From Candidatus Latescibacterota bacterium (GTDB lineage Bacteria > Latescibacterota > UBA2968 > UBA8231): a DNA stretch of 64,000 nucleotides. A program made the translations under genes and the position numbers. The DNA lies in the NCBI GenBank assembly GCA_965223905.1, contig CBDCXV010000011.1, positions 1,536,001-1,600,000 of the forward strand, given 5' to 3'. The notes below the pieces were generated by a model. It worked only from the letters and a program-made list of their open reading frames with translations, did not search any database and was not told where the DNA came from. Below, one piece after another: positions 48,881-58,676 of the stretch. How positions within the stretch are numbered: the first letter of the stretch is position 1; every line of letters begins with the position of its first letter.

Positions 48881-50335
48881 TTGAGCGCCCACCTGCCCAA
48901 CATCCTGCTGATCATGTCCGACGAGCACGCCCCCATGTACAGCTCGACCTACGGACACCCGCTGGTGCGCACCCCGGCGATGGACCGGCTCGCCGCCGAG
49001 GGGGTCACCTTCGACAACGCCTACTGCAACTCCCCGCTCTGCCTGCCCTCGCGCATGTCGTTCATGACCGGCCGCTTCGTGCACCGGATCGGAGCCTGGG
49101 ACAACGCCTCCCCTCTCCCCCAGGAGGAGGTCACCTGGGCCCATCTGCTGCGGGACGCCGGCTACGACGCGGTGCTGTGCGGCAAGCAGCACTTCTGCGG
49201 GCTCGACCAGCTGCACGGCTTTCGCGCCCAGCTGGCGCGGGACCTGCACGCCGAGCTGTGGACCGAGGACGGCGTGCCGCGCGGGGTGCCCGACTGGTCG
49301 CGGGGAACGCCGCCGGCAGCCAAGCCCTGGCCCGCACTCGCGGACGCCGGCCCCGGCCGGACCGAGGAGATCGACGTCGACGACCTCGTCGAGCAACGCG
49401 CCCTCGAGTACCTGCGCGACCCGGCGCGCCGGCGGCAGCCCTGGGTGCTGACCGCCTCCTTCATCGCCCCCCACTTTCCCTTCGTCGTGCCGCGAAGGTT
49501 CTGGGACATGTATCCCCTCGCGGAGATCGACCTGCCGGCGATTCCCCCGGGGCATCTCGAAAACCAGCACCCGGTGTACCGGCGCATGCGCAGCCACTTC
49601 GGCAGCGTCGACTTCCCCGAGGAGCTGGTGCGCCGGGGACGATCCGGGTACTACGGCCTGATCAGCTACCTCGACGAGAAGATCGGCAACCTGCTGCAGG
49701 CCCTCGACGACACCGGGCAGAGCGGGGATACCCTCCTCATCCACCTCAGCGACCACGGCGAGATGAACGGCGAGCACGGCATGTGGCGGAAGTCGAATTT
49801 CTTCGAGGCCTCTTCCCGGGTGCCGCTGCAGATCCGCTGGCCCGGGGAGATCGCTGCCGGAAGGCGCGTGCGCGAAGTCGTTTCTCTGGTTGACGTCGCC
49901 GCTACCCTGGCGGACGTCGCCGGGACGGCCGCCGAAGCCGAGCTCGACGGGGACAGCCTGCTGCCGCTGATGAGGGAGGGAGGGCCCTGGAAGGACGAGG
50001 CCTTCTGCGAGTACCTCGCCCACGGCGTCGCCGGGCCGATGGCGATGCTGCGCCGCGGGCGCTACAAGCTCAACTGCAGCCTCGGGGATCCCCCCGAGCT
50101 GTACGACATCGAAACCGATCCCGGCGAGTTCACCGATCTCGCCGGCGAGGCCGCCTTCGCGAGCGTGGCCGCGGAGCTGCAGGAGGACCTGCTGTCGCGC
50201 TGGGACCCCGTCGCCCTCGACCCGCAGGTCCGCCGCAGCCAGGCCCGCCGCGGGCTGATAGAGCGGGTCCACAACCCCGAGGTGCAGGAGGACGTCCAGG
50301 AGCTCGGGAATCAGCGCATTGGCGCGCGCCGATGA
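48881..50335 (+). CDS. Formylglycine-dependent sulfatase (choline-sulfatase-like)
   Basis: PNILLIMSDEH, CLPSR, GKQH, SDHGE, RVPL. Confidence 0.92.
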   Translation: MSAHLPNILLIMSDEHAPMYSSTYGHPLVRTPAMDRLAAEGVTFDNAYCNSPLCLPSRMSFMTGRFVHRIGAWDNASPLPQEEVTWAHLLRDAGYDAVLCGKQHFCGLDQLHGFRAQLARDLHAELWTEDGVPRGVPDWSRGTPPAAKPWPALADAGPGRTEEIDVDDLVEQRALEYLRDPARRRQPWVLTASFIAPHFPFVVPRRFWDMYPLAEIDLPAIPPGHLENQHPVYRRMRSHFGSVDFPEELVRRGRSGYYGLISYLDEKIGNLLQALDDTGQSGDTLLIHLSDHGEMNGEHGMWRKSNFFEASSRVPLQIRWPGEIAAGRRVREVVSLVDVAATLADVAGTAAEAELDGDSLLPLMREGGPWKDEAFCEYLAHGVAGPMAMLRRGRYKLNCSLGDPPELYDIETDPGEFTDLAGEAAFASVAAELQEDLLSRWDPVALDPQVRRSQARRGLIERVHNPEVQEDVQELGNQRIGARR

Positions 50336-50575
50336 GAGCGGCTCGCGGGCAGGGTGCGCCGGCGCCCGAATTCCGCCGAGCTGTCACCGGGACAGGAGAC
50401 CAGTGAATCCGATCGACGTCGAGACTGCGAAAACGGTTACCAGGTGCTCGGGCAGCTGCTCACCCGCGGGGAAGCGGAGCGCATGGCGGAGCTGTGCATG
50501 GCCCCCGGAGAACACCCCCCTGGTCCCGGCCGCGGGTAGTCGGAGGGGCTGGAGGGGTTCGCGGACCGCCCCTGT

Positions 50576-52529
50576 CTACCTCAGCAGGGTCATCTTGCGC
50601 ACCAGGGCCTTGTCCCCTGCGGTGAGGCGATAGAAGTAGACGCCGGCGGCCACGGGGCGGCCCTGCTCGTCGCGGCCCTCCCAGGACACCTCGTGAATTC
50701 CGGCGGTCAGGGTGCGGTTGGGTATCAGGGTTTTGACCACCTGCCCGGCGAGGCTGTAGATAACCGGGGAGGCCTCCCCGGTTTCGGTCAGCTGGAAATA
50801 GAGGGTCGTACTGGAGTTGAAGGGGTTGGGCGCGGCCAGGGCGGCCAGTCCTTTCATCCCGGTCACTGCCAGCTGCCCGGCCAGGGCCTTGGCCGCGGCC
50901 GAGCGGGTGCGGCCGGTGGCCCGCGCCGACCAGCCGCTGGTGCCTTCGGCGTTGCGGGCCCGCACCCGCACCGTGTATCCGGTGTGGGAGGACAGTCCGG
51001 TCAGCAGGGTGCCGGTGGCCGAGCCGCCGGCCGTCAGCGAGGACCAGATGCCGTAGCTGTCGCAAAAGAAGACCTCGTTGGTCTTGCAGTAGTGCACGTC
51101 GTTGCCGCTGAGCGCCGGCCGGCCGCGGTTGTCCGGGGCCGTCCAGCTCACCTCCAGGCGCTCATGGCCCATGTTGTCCGGCGCGCTCACCCTCACCCCG
51201 GAGGGCGGCTCCGGCGGCTCGGACACGTCGGTCACCCTCACCCTCACCGTTCGCTCCGCCTGCAGCGACCCGTCGCTGACCTCGAGGGTCACCTGGTGGG
51301 ACCTCCCGGCCTCGTAGTCGGGCGCCGTGTCGAAGGTGAGGGTGCGCGTCGTGCCGGTCCCCTCCAGCTGGAAAGCGCTCGCCTCCGTACCCGTCCTCGA
51401 CCAGGTGATGGCGTCGCCGTCCGGGTCCCTGGCCGTGTACCGGCCCACCGGGCCGCTGCCGTTCTCGGCGAAGGAGACGCTGGTGGGGCCACTGGTGAAA
51501 TACGGGCCCCGGTTGGGCTGGACCGGGGTCGCCGAGGCGCTGGCCGCCGCACCCGCCCCGGCCGCGTTGCGCGCCCGCACCTCGAAGCGGTAGCGAGTGC
51601 CGTTGCTCAGCCCGGTCACCGTCCGGGTCGTATTCGTGCCCACCCCGGTCCAGCCCGACCAGGAGCCGCTGCCGGCCCGGCGCCGGTACTCGTAGCCCGT
51701 CAGGGACAGGCCGCCGTCGGAGACCGGCGCCCGCCACGACAGCGCCACCTGCCTGTTGCCGGCTTCTGCGGTGAAATCCCTCGGCACCGACGGCACGGTG
51801 ACCACCGGGGCGGTCTCGCCGCTGGCCGCCGCCTTGTCCGGCCCGTGCCCGTCGTCGTAGTCCACCCGCGCCCGCAGCTGCTTCCCCACATCCGCCGTCA
51901 CCGGCGTGTAGCGGGACGTGGCCGCAATGGGGTAGCGCGCCGACCGCTCGATAGGCACCCACCCCGAACTCGCGTCCGCCCGCCGCTGCCACTGCCAGGC
52001 CACCGCCTCCAAGTGGCCGTCGACGTCCGTCAGGGTGGCCGTCATCCGCTGATCCACCTCCGGCGACGCCGTCGACAGTCTCACCGTGCCGGGGGTGTCG
52101 GCCGGCCTCACCGACGACGTCGCCGCGCTCTGCGCGCTCTTGTTCGGACCGTGGGCGTCGGTGTAGCCGACCGTGGCCCGCAGCTGCTTGCCCCGGTCGG
52201 CGGCCAATGTGTAGGTATCTTGTTGCCATGCCATTTAAGTTACCTGAACTATGATCTATCCAGAACCGGTAGGTGGTGTCGACTTTCGAAACACCATTCA
52301 TTTCATAACTATGTTTGTCTATTTGGTAAGAAAGTTCTCCGACCGCTACAGCACGTACTATATTGTCAGTGTCACGTGGGATCATATCAACTCCCCCGTG
52401 AAAATGAGTTGACCTATACTCCATAAATGTTCCCGTTATTTCTGGATCTTGAAGCGGAAATCTATCGGATCCCAAGGAAGAGGAGCAAAAAGCACCAGCT
52501 GCAAAGATTGATAATCTAATCTTTTTCAT
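50576..52529 (-). pseudogene. Chimeric or internally deleted secreted protein: AT-rich signal peptide + partial M23 peptidase joined out of frame (~52205) to GC-rich Ig-like repeats, FN3, cadherin, FN3 and FlgD-Ig/T9SS-like C-terminal domain
   Basis: GTFMEYRSTHFHGGVD and RYLH in one frame; DxGKQLRA repeats, LSWRAP, PDYE and APNPFNSST..GVYFYRL in another; abrupt GC shift at the junction. Confidence 0.75.
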
Positions 52530-53541
52530 CAGTCCCTCCACTATCCGTATTTAGCATCTGAAAAAGGTACATTCTATTATCCTCGCTGAATATTCCTTGG
52601 CTTCCATTCTTTAACAGCCTGAATTCAGCAATCCCCGAAAGATGTCGACCTCCGCTTTTTCTTCGGGCTTCAACAGCGTCAGGCTTAAGGATGCGTTTTA
52701 TAGCATCTCGGAACTGCTGAGTTTCTCGGGCTTCTCCCTCACCGGTCCTCTTTTGTAGAAATTCCCCATGTTGATTCAAAATCATTAGGTCACCCATTTT
52801 GAATGCGTCAATAATTACCATATTTCCGTCTTCTGTGAACCCAATACTCCAAGGATCAAAACTATATTCATTAAATTGATTTATCCCAAACCGTTTAATA
52901 AGTACCCCTTCATTATCGAAAAAATTAATATATGGCAAGGGAGAAAAAGCAAATGCATTATAAAAAACAACTAAATAATTTCCATTTGGGGCTATGTGAA
53001 TCTTCTCGTATCCGTCCCCTGACACTTTTTCCGGACCCTCTAAATCATTTTGCCCCAACTCAAACCGCACACTTTCATCAGGATTAAAACCGCGAACACC
53101 GGTAAGCCTCTTTTCCCATGCTCTGCTTTCGATTGTGTAAATAATAAAAAATTGGCCATCAGGGGCTGTCGTTCCGTACTCATTAACGAACACCCGTTTG
53201 TCCCCCTTCTCTACTTCAGGTACATTTTCCCGTTTGAGAGGTATTTTTCTTTCCACATTTCCTTGTGCATTTAAGACATATACAGATTTATATGTGGCCA
53301 CCATACTTATTGGGTTTACCCTATCCTTATCCAAGGATACGCCGGCATCAGGTTCAATAATGTTATGGAAATATTCCCTCTGCACGATAATACTATCAAA
53401 TTCCTTTTCCCAAATCATCCTCACTTGAAAGTTAGTCTCCATTCCCTCGGCATTAGAAACTTTCGGTATTAAAGAGATCACCAAAAGAACGACTCCAAGA
53501 TTTCTGAAACTTTTCCAATTTTGGGAATTCATCTTTCGCAC
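52516..53541 (-). CDS. AT-rich hypothetical secreted protein, overlapping the start of the M23/adhesin gene
   Basis: 341-aa ORF, signal peptide ending VSNA; no recognisable family motif. Confidence 0.7.
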   Translation of the reverse strand: MRKMNSQNWKSFRNLGVVLLVISLIPKVSNAEGMETNFQVRMIWEKEFDSIIVQREYFHNIIEPDAGVSLDKDRVNPISMVATYKSVYVLNAQGNVERKIPLKRENVPEVEKGDKRVFVNEYGTTAPDGQFFIIYTIESRAWEKRLTGVRGFNPDESVRFELGQNDLEGPEKVSGDGYEKIHIAPNGNYLVVFYNAFAFSPLPYINFFDNEGVLIKRFGINQFNEYSFDPWSIGFTEDGNMVIIDAFKMGDLMILNQHGEFLQKRTGEGEARETQQFRDAIKRILKPDAVEARRKSGGRHLSGIAEFRLLKNGSQGIFSEDNRMYLFQMLNTDSGGTDEKD

Positions 53542-53591
53542 CTTTATAAGAAAATCGTTTTACACTTTTCTCACTTTAAATTGGTTAAAAA

Positions 53592-55261
53592 CCTGAATCC
53601 GTGATCGCTTCTATAGCGAGTGATCCAATTTTATATTTAAGCTGGGTCATTGCACTCCTCAACAGGATTTGGGTGTCAACGACAGGCCATTACTGCGGAT
53701 TCCGCTACCGATGGCTCTCCAAGTCGATGGGAGCCGCAAGAGCGCGCATACGCGTGCTTTGAGTGCTCCGGGGAGTCGAAGGCGGGGGAAATCGTCGCCT
53801 TTATTCACACACTCTCAGGCAGGTCCGTTTCTAGACATCGAACCAGGGGTTGAAGCACCCGAAGCTCAGGCCTAGACGGCGCCCATGCCGTACCCAGCGA
53901 GCGGCCTGATACATGAGATCCAGAATGACCGTGCGGAGCCGACGACGGCCGGCCTTTTTACGAAAAGTCACGTGCTTTTCCGGGGACAGATGACGCTCCT
54001 CGCGCAGGCTGGTCTGGCCGCACAGGCGCAGGGCGTTGTAGGCCATCATGCCCAGCAGCAACACCAGGGCGTTGGTGGCGAACTTGCCCGACGGCAGGCG
54101 TTCGAGGTCCATGTCCGTCTTCAGCTCGGAGTGGAATTGCTCGCAGGTGCTGTGCTCGCGGTAGAGCCGGATCACGTGCGCCGGCGGCGCCATCAGGTTG
54201 GTCCACCCGGTCTGCACCTCGATTTCGGGGATCAGCAGCGCCTGACCGTCGACGCTGATCGTGCGCCGCACGACCTCGTAAACGACGCGTTCGAAGGTGT
54301 CCTTGCGCTCGCACACCAGCGAGCCGGTGAAGATCTCCTTGCCGGGCCGCGGACAGGTGCGCTCGCCCAGGGCTTCGGCGTCCTCCAGCCAGGTCTGTTT
54401 CGATTCGCTGCGCAGGGTGCGCTTGACGATGAAGTCGGTCTTGGGAGTTCGGCGCAACTGCTGTACGGTGGCGATGTCGTCATGGGCGCTGTCCATGCGC
54501 ACCAGCAGCTTTTCCTTGGTGATGCGGCGCGCCAGCCGCAGCGTCTCTCGAATAAAGTCCGGGGCTCCTTCCTGAGAGTGCTGGCGGCCTTCGCGCAGCT
54601 GGCAGTTGAGCAGATACCCTTCCTCGCCCAGGTAGGCGAAGATCGGGGCAAAGCCGTCGACCTTCTTGTAGGTCCACGACACCCCTTGTTTTTTGGTGTC
54701 CGAGTTGTCGAACACCGACACGTCGATATCCAGCGCGATCCAGGGACCGTAGCGTCCGTCGGCGACTTCGTAACAGGGGGAGAGCGGCGGCGCGTGACGG
54801 GCCACCATGTCGGCCGACTCCTCTCGAATGGCGGTCTCCCCCTGTGCGCCCAAGCCATCGAGCCGCTGCCGCAGGGTGGCCGCCGACGGCACCGCATCCA
54901 GGCCCAGGGCCTGGGCGAAGAAGGGATCGGTGCGAAACGCTTCCACCGCCTCGAAATCCGGCTTGCCCAGCGCCAGCAAGCCGATCATCGACGCCATCAC
55001 GTCGCCGTGAGAAACCTCGGGCAGGGGTCGTTCCGGCAAGATGATCTCATCGGCCCGCGCTGGCAGGCGCGTGCGTCCCATCAAGGCCTCGATCAAGGCC
55101 AAGCCCGAATGCGAGGTCAGCGCTTCTTCGCCCTGCGTAATTTGAAACGAAACCGGTCTCAATTCTTCACCTCCAGGGTGAGTTCAAATCCTGCTCTACT
55201 ATACCCTGGATTCCCCTCGGAAAGCAACCAAAAATCAGGCTCTCGACTTCACGGATTCAGG
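53592..55261 (-). mobile_element. IS1380-family insertion sequence (1670 bp)
   Basis: 13-bp TIR CCTGAATCCGTGA at 53592-53604 and 55249-55261; no clear TSD. Confidence 0.9.
53831..55162 (-). CDS. IS1380 family transposase
   Basis: LTSHSGL, PSAATLRQRL, LDID, LREGRQHS, VRMDSA, EQFHSELK, LPSGKFATN; TAG at 53831 may be a premature W-to-stop nine codons before a TAA. Confidence 0.9.
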   Translation of the reverse strand: MRPVSFQITQGEEALTSHSGLALIEALMGRTRLPARADEIILPERPLPEVSHGDVMASMIGLLALGKPDFEAVEAFRTDPFFAQALGLDAVPSAATLRQRLDGLGAQGETAIREESADMVARHAPPLSPCYEVADGRYGPWIALDIDVSVFDNSDTKKQGVSWTYKKVDGFAPIFAYLGEEGYLLNCQLREGRQHSQEGAPDFIRETLRLARRITKEKLLVRMDSAHDDIATVQQLRRTPKTDFIVKRTLRSESKQTWLEDAEALGERTCPRPGKEIFTGSLVCERKDTFERVVYEVVRRTISVDGQALLIPEIEVQTGWTNLMAPPAHVIRLYREHSTCEQFHSELKTDMDLERLPSGKFATNALVLLLGMMAYNALRLCGQTSLREERHLSPEKHVTFRKKAGRRRLRTVILDLMYQAARWVRHGRRLGLSFGCFNPWFDV

Positions 55262-55456
55262 TTGCAATAAATTGGTTTTTCCTATGATGTAATTAATCGC
55301 GCCTTTCTAACCACATTTCCTTCCCCTCTCCCCCAAAAATGTGGATGAATTTGATGAAGCCTTTTCATTCTTTTTCCTAAATTATTTTTGGCAATGGATG
55401 TTGCACGGGCAGGGGGGACTCGCGTCCTGCCGCGGTTTTTCCCCCAGTGACCGGCT

Positions 55457-55725
55457 CCCGGCATCGCCATCGAGGGCGAGACCAACCACCGGGGCGTCGA
55501 TCCGGACGCCCGCGACTTCGACGCCTGGTTCGCCTACACCGGCGAGACCGCGGCTTCGCGCCCGGTGACGCGGCGTGAGGACATCCTGTGGGAGGAAACG
55601 CTCTACGAGGAGCAGCAACTGCCGGTCTGCGCGGCGGGCCCCTGCTCTACGACCTGGGACGGGACGCCGACTGGGCGTACTGGTTCGCCCGCCAGGGCCA
55701 GTCCACGCCGGACCAGAAGACCTGC
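55457..55725 (+). pseudogene. LysR substrate-binding domain fragment, copy 1
   Basis: PGIAIE.ETNHRGVDP..DFDAW..EETLYEE..LP..LLYD..DWAYWF; no HTH. Confidence 0.7.
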
Positions 55726-55729
55726 GCAT

Positions 55730-56220
55730 GGATCACCCGGGCGGTGGAATCGCTCTGCGCGCGCTTGTCCGGGCCGTGGGCATCCGCATAGCCGACCGTC
55801 GCCCGCAGCCGCTTGCCCGCATTCCCTGCTTGCGGCGTATAGCTGGTCAGCCCCGGATAGCGCCCCGCGGGCAGGGGGGGCTCCCACGCGTCCGTATCCC
55901 GGTCCCGGTGCTGCCAATGCCACCCGTCCACCCGGATGTCCCCGTCCGGGTCGGTGAGCACCGCGGTCAGTTGCGTGCCCACCCGCGGCGTCGACGAGAT
56001 CGGTGAACTCCCCGAGATCGTCCTCGTTGGTCACCCGCACCGACACCGGCAAGGTCGCATCCGCCGGCGGCTGACCGTCGGCGTCGGCCTTCACCGTCAC
56101 TTCGTACACCGTGTCTCGGTTGGCGTCGGCCGGATTCTCGTAGTCCGGCGGCTCCTCGAAGCGGAGCCGGCCCGCATCATCGATCACCAGGGTGTCGGCT
56201 TTGGCATCGGCCCCCCGAGA
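55730..56220 (-). pseudogene. Adhesin fragment (cadherin-like + Ig-like repeat), paralogous to 51840-52200
   Basis: LRFEEPPDYENPADANRDTVYEVTV; LTDPDG..WHWQ..YTPQAGNAGKRLRATVGYADAHGPDK; frameshifted. Confidence 0.75.
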
Positions 56221-56224
56221 GACC

Positions 56225-56542
56225 AGGACAAGGAGGTGCAGCGCATCCTCGCCGAGGTCCACGGCGTCTCCGAACGGCAGCGCCTGTAGCCCCGCCGCGT
56301 GCGCATCGTCTCGGTCGAGGCGGTCGCCGAAAAGTGGCTGGTCCCGAGGCTGGCCACCTTCAAGGCCGACCACCCCGGCATCGCCATCGAGGTCGAGACC
56401 AACCACCGGGGCGTCGATCCGGACCGCCGCGACTTCGACGCCTGGTTCGCCTACACCGGCGAGACCGTGGCCCCGCGCCCGGTGACGCGGCGCCAGGACA
56501 TCCTGTTGGAGGAGACGCTCTACGAGGAGGAGCTGCTGCCGG
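56225..56542 (+). pseudogene. LysR regulator fragment, copy 2
   Basis: EVQRILAEV..(TAG)..VRIVSVEAVAEKWLVPRLATFKADHPGIAIEVET; 56374-56542 is nearly identical to 55457-55625. Confidence 0.75.
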
Positions 56543-56643
56543 CACCATACGACAAAAGCCCGCGCCCAAGTCCTTCAGGCGGCGAGGCCAAGGGCAGCTC
56601 GCCGGACCGGGTGGACTCAGGGACACGGGTTTGCAGGGGGGCG

Positions 56644-56877
56644 CTACTGATTGAAATCGATCGTCTTCAGGGTCGGCTCGCCCAACAACTGTGGCAATTC
56701 ATCGGTGGTGCCGTCTCGCAGGTCGATCTGACTCAGCATGTCGTCGGTGATCTCCAGGATCGAATACACCCGGTCACCTTCATGCGCGGCAACGTACCGA
56801 GGAAGCAGTGCTGTGCCTGTGATGGCGGCGATGAAGAAGAACGGCCTTCTCCCGCCGGATAGATTGCAGAGCTTCAC
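56644..56877 (-). pseudogene. Truncated paralogue of the secreted protein at 922-1653
   Basis: AAHEGDRVYSILEITDDMLSQIDLRDG..GEPTLKTIDF aligns with EAHSGNRVYPFYELTDEMLEKIDLHDG..GEPSMTLLDF; stops after 77 codons. Confidence 0.75.
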
Positions 56878-56982
56878 TTCATTCCGTCCCTTCCTTTGTC
56901 ATCCTTTCCTCCTGAAACCATACGAAAAAAAGCCCGCGGCCAAGTCCTTCAGTCGGGCAAAGGTGGCCGCTCCGCCCGCCCG

Positions 56983-58368
56983 TCATGACTCGGCGGCCGC
57001 CGGCCCCAGCTCCGCCTCCACCCTCCGCAGCCGCCGGGAGATCCAGGTCACCGACAGCAGCGACGAGGCGACCGCGGAAGCGACGAACGTCCACCAGACC
57101 GCGGTCAGTCCGAAGCCCCAGTAGCGGGTCAGCGCGTAGGCGAGGGGCACGGCGATCAGCACCACGCGGAGGGCGGTGATGATCATCGCCGGCATGCCGC
57201 TGCCGAGGCCCTGGAAGACCCTGCTGCTGATCAGTCCCGCCGCTATGAACGGAAAGGCGACGACGAAGACCCGCAGGTAGGAGGTCGCCACCCGGGCGAT
57301 GCGCTCGTCGTCGGTGAAGGCCCCTGACAGCTGCGGCGCGAACAGGTAGAAGCCGACGCCGAAAACGACGGCGAGCACCTCCGCCCTGAGGATGGTGTAG
57401 ACCAGGGTCTTTCTGACCAGGTCGATGCGCCCGGCGCCGGAGAACATCCCCGCCAGGGTCACCTGGCTGGTGGCGAGGGCGAACACCGGCATGAAGAAGA
57501 TCGAGTCCATGCGCCCGGCGACGCCGAGCCCGGCCACCGCCTCGGAGCCGAACACCGACACGATGCGGTTGTAGAAAATGCCGCCGCCCGAGATCAGCAG
57601 CATCGACGCCGAGGAGGGCAGGCCGACCTTGAGGATGAGGCTCGCCGTTGCCCGCGTCAGCATCCACGGTCCCGAGCCGAAATTGAGGAAGCTGCTCCGG
57701 CGCACGAAGAGGTAGAACAGGAAGAGCAGCATCACCGCGAACTGGCTGATGACCGTCGCCCAGGCGGCCCCGGCGATCCCCAGGCCGGCCGTGAAGATCA
57801 GGAGCGGATCGAGAGCGACGTTGAGGAGGGTGCCCCCGGCCTGGAAGAGGACGGGGGTCTTCGTGTTGCCTTCCCCGGTCATGATCGACCGGAAGCAGGT
57901 GTTGAGCACGACGAAGGCGAACCCGGGGGCGGCGACCTCGAAGTAGCGGACCGCGAGGGCGGCGACCTCGCCGCTGGCCCCCAGCGCCGCCATGATCCCC
58001 CCCTTGTAGAGGAGGGCGGCGGCGATGACCGCGGCGGCGAACAGGAGCCCCATGGCGATGGTCTGGCGGGCGGCGTCCTCGGCCGCCTTCTTGTCGCCGG
58101 ATCCCAGCGAGCGGGCGATGGCGCTCGTCGCCCCGGTTCCGAGCCCGAAGACCATGCCGATGGCGAGGAACACTACCGGCATGTTGAAGCTCAGGGCGGC
58201 GAGGGCGTCCCCCCCGAGCATGCCGACGAAGAACATGTCGGTCAGGTTGTAGAAGGTGTAGACCGCCATGCCCATCATCACCGGCATCGACAGGGTCCAG
58301 ACGGCGCGGCGCGGATCGGCGATGAACTCCCCTACCCGGCCCTGGCCCTTTTCCGTCGCTCCACTCAT
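56983..58368 (-). CDS. MATE family efflux transporter
   Basis: YNLTDMFFVGMLG, LNVALDPLLIF..LGIAGAAWAT, ~12 TM segments. Confidence 0.92.
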   Translation of the reverse strand: MSGATEKGQGRVGEFIADPRRAVWTLSMPVMMGMAVYTFYNLTDMFFVGMLGGDALAALSFNMPVVFLAIGMVFGLGTGATSAIARSLGSGDKKAAEDAARQTIAMGLLFAAAVIAAALLYKGGIMAALGASGEVAALAVRYFEVAAPGFAFVVLNTCFRSIMTGEGNTKTPVLFQAGGTLLNVALDPLLIFTAGLGIAGAAWATVISQFAVMLLFLFYLFVRRSSFLNFGSGPWMLTRATASLILKVGLPSSASMLLISGGGIFYNRIVSVFGSEAVAGLGVAGRMDSIFFMPVFALATSQVTLAGMFSGAGRIDLVRKTLVYTILRAEVLAVVFGVGFYLFAPQLSGAFTDDERIARVATSYLRVFVVAFPFIAAGLISSRVFQGLGSGMPAMIITALRVVLIAVPLAYALTRYWGFGLTAVWWTFVASAVASSLLSVTWISRRLRRVEAELGPAAAES

Positions 58369-58676
58369 CGATCCGAAGTTACGCTATTGCCCCGGAAGGG
58401 GATCAAATAGGAATCCCGCGGGGTGCGGTGATCGGGGTTGGCCGCCGCGGAGAGCCTGGACGAAACCGCCGTCCCGGGCGCCCGGGCTCCGTGACATCTG
58501 CAATCACCCTGGGTTAGTTTCCGGACATCGCCCGGACAAACCGCCGCCAACATTCCGCGCTCCCATCCGGGGAGCCGGTGCCTTCCGGCGAAACCGGGAA
58601 AACCGATGCTGCCGCTCGCGGCCTCGACGGCACGGCCGCGGCCGCCTCCGACGCACAAAGAATCCGCCTGAAGGAG

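Noticed and set aside
53578-55280. Target-site duplication for the IS1380
   Set aside because: Immediate flanks (TAAAAA versus TTGCAA) do not match; the shared AAATTGGTT is not adjacent to the TIRs
16100-56290. Amber codon reassignment suggested by in-frame TAGs (druH, IS1380 end, LysR fragment)
   Set aside because: Several intact genes end normally with TAG (e.g. at 25028, 37137, 59594, 62129)
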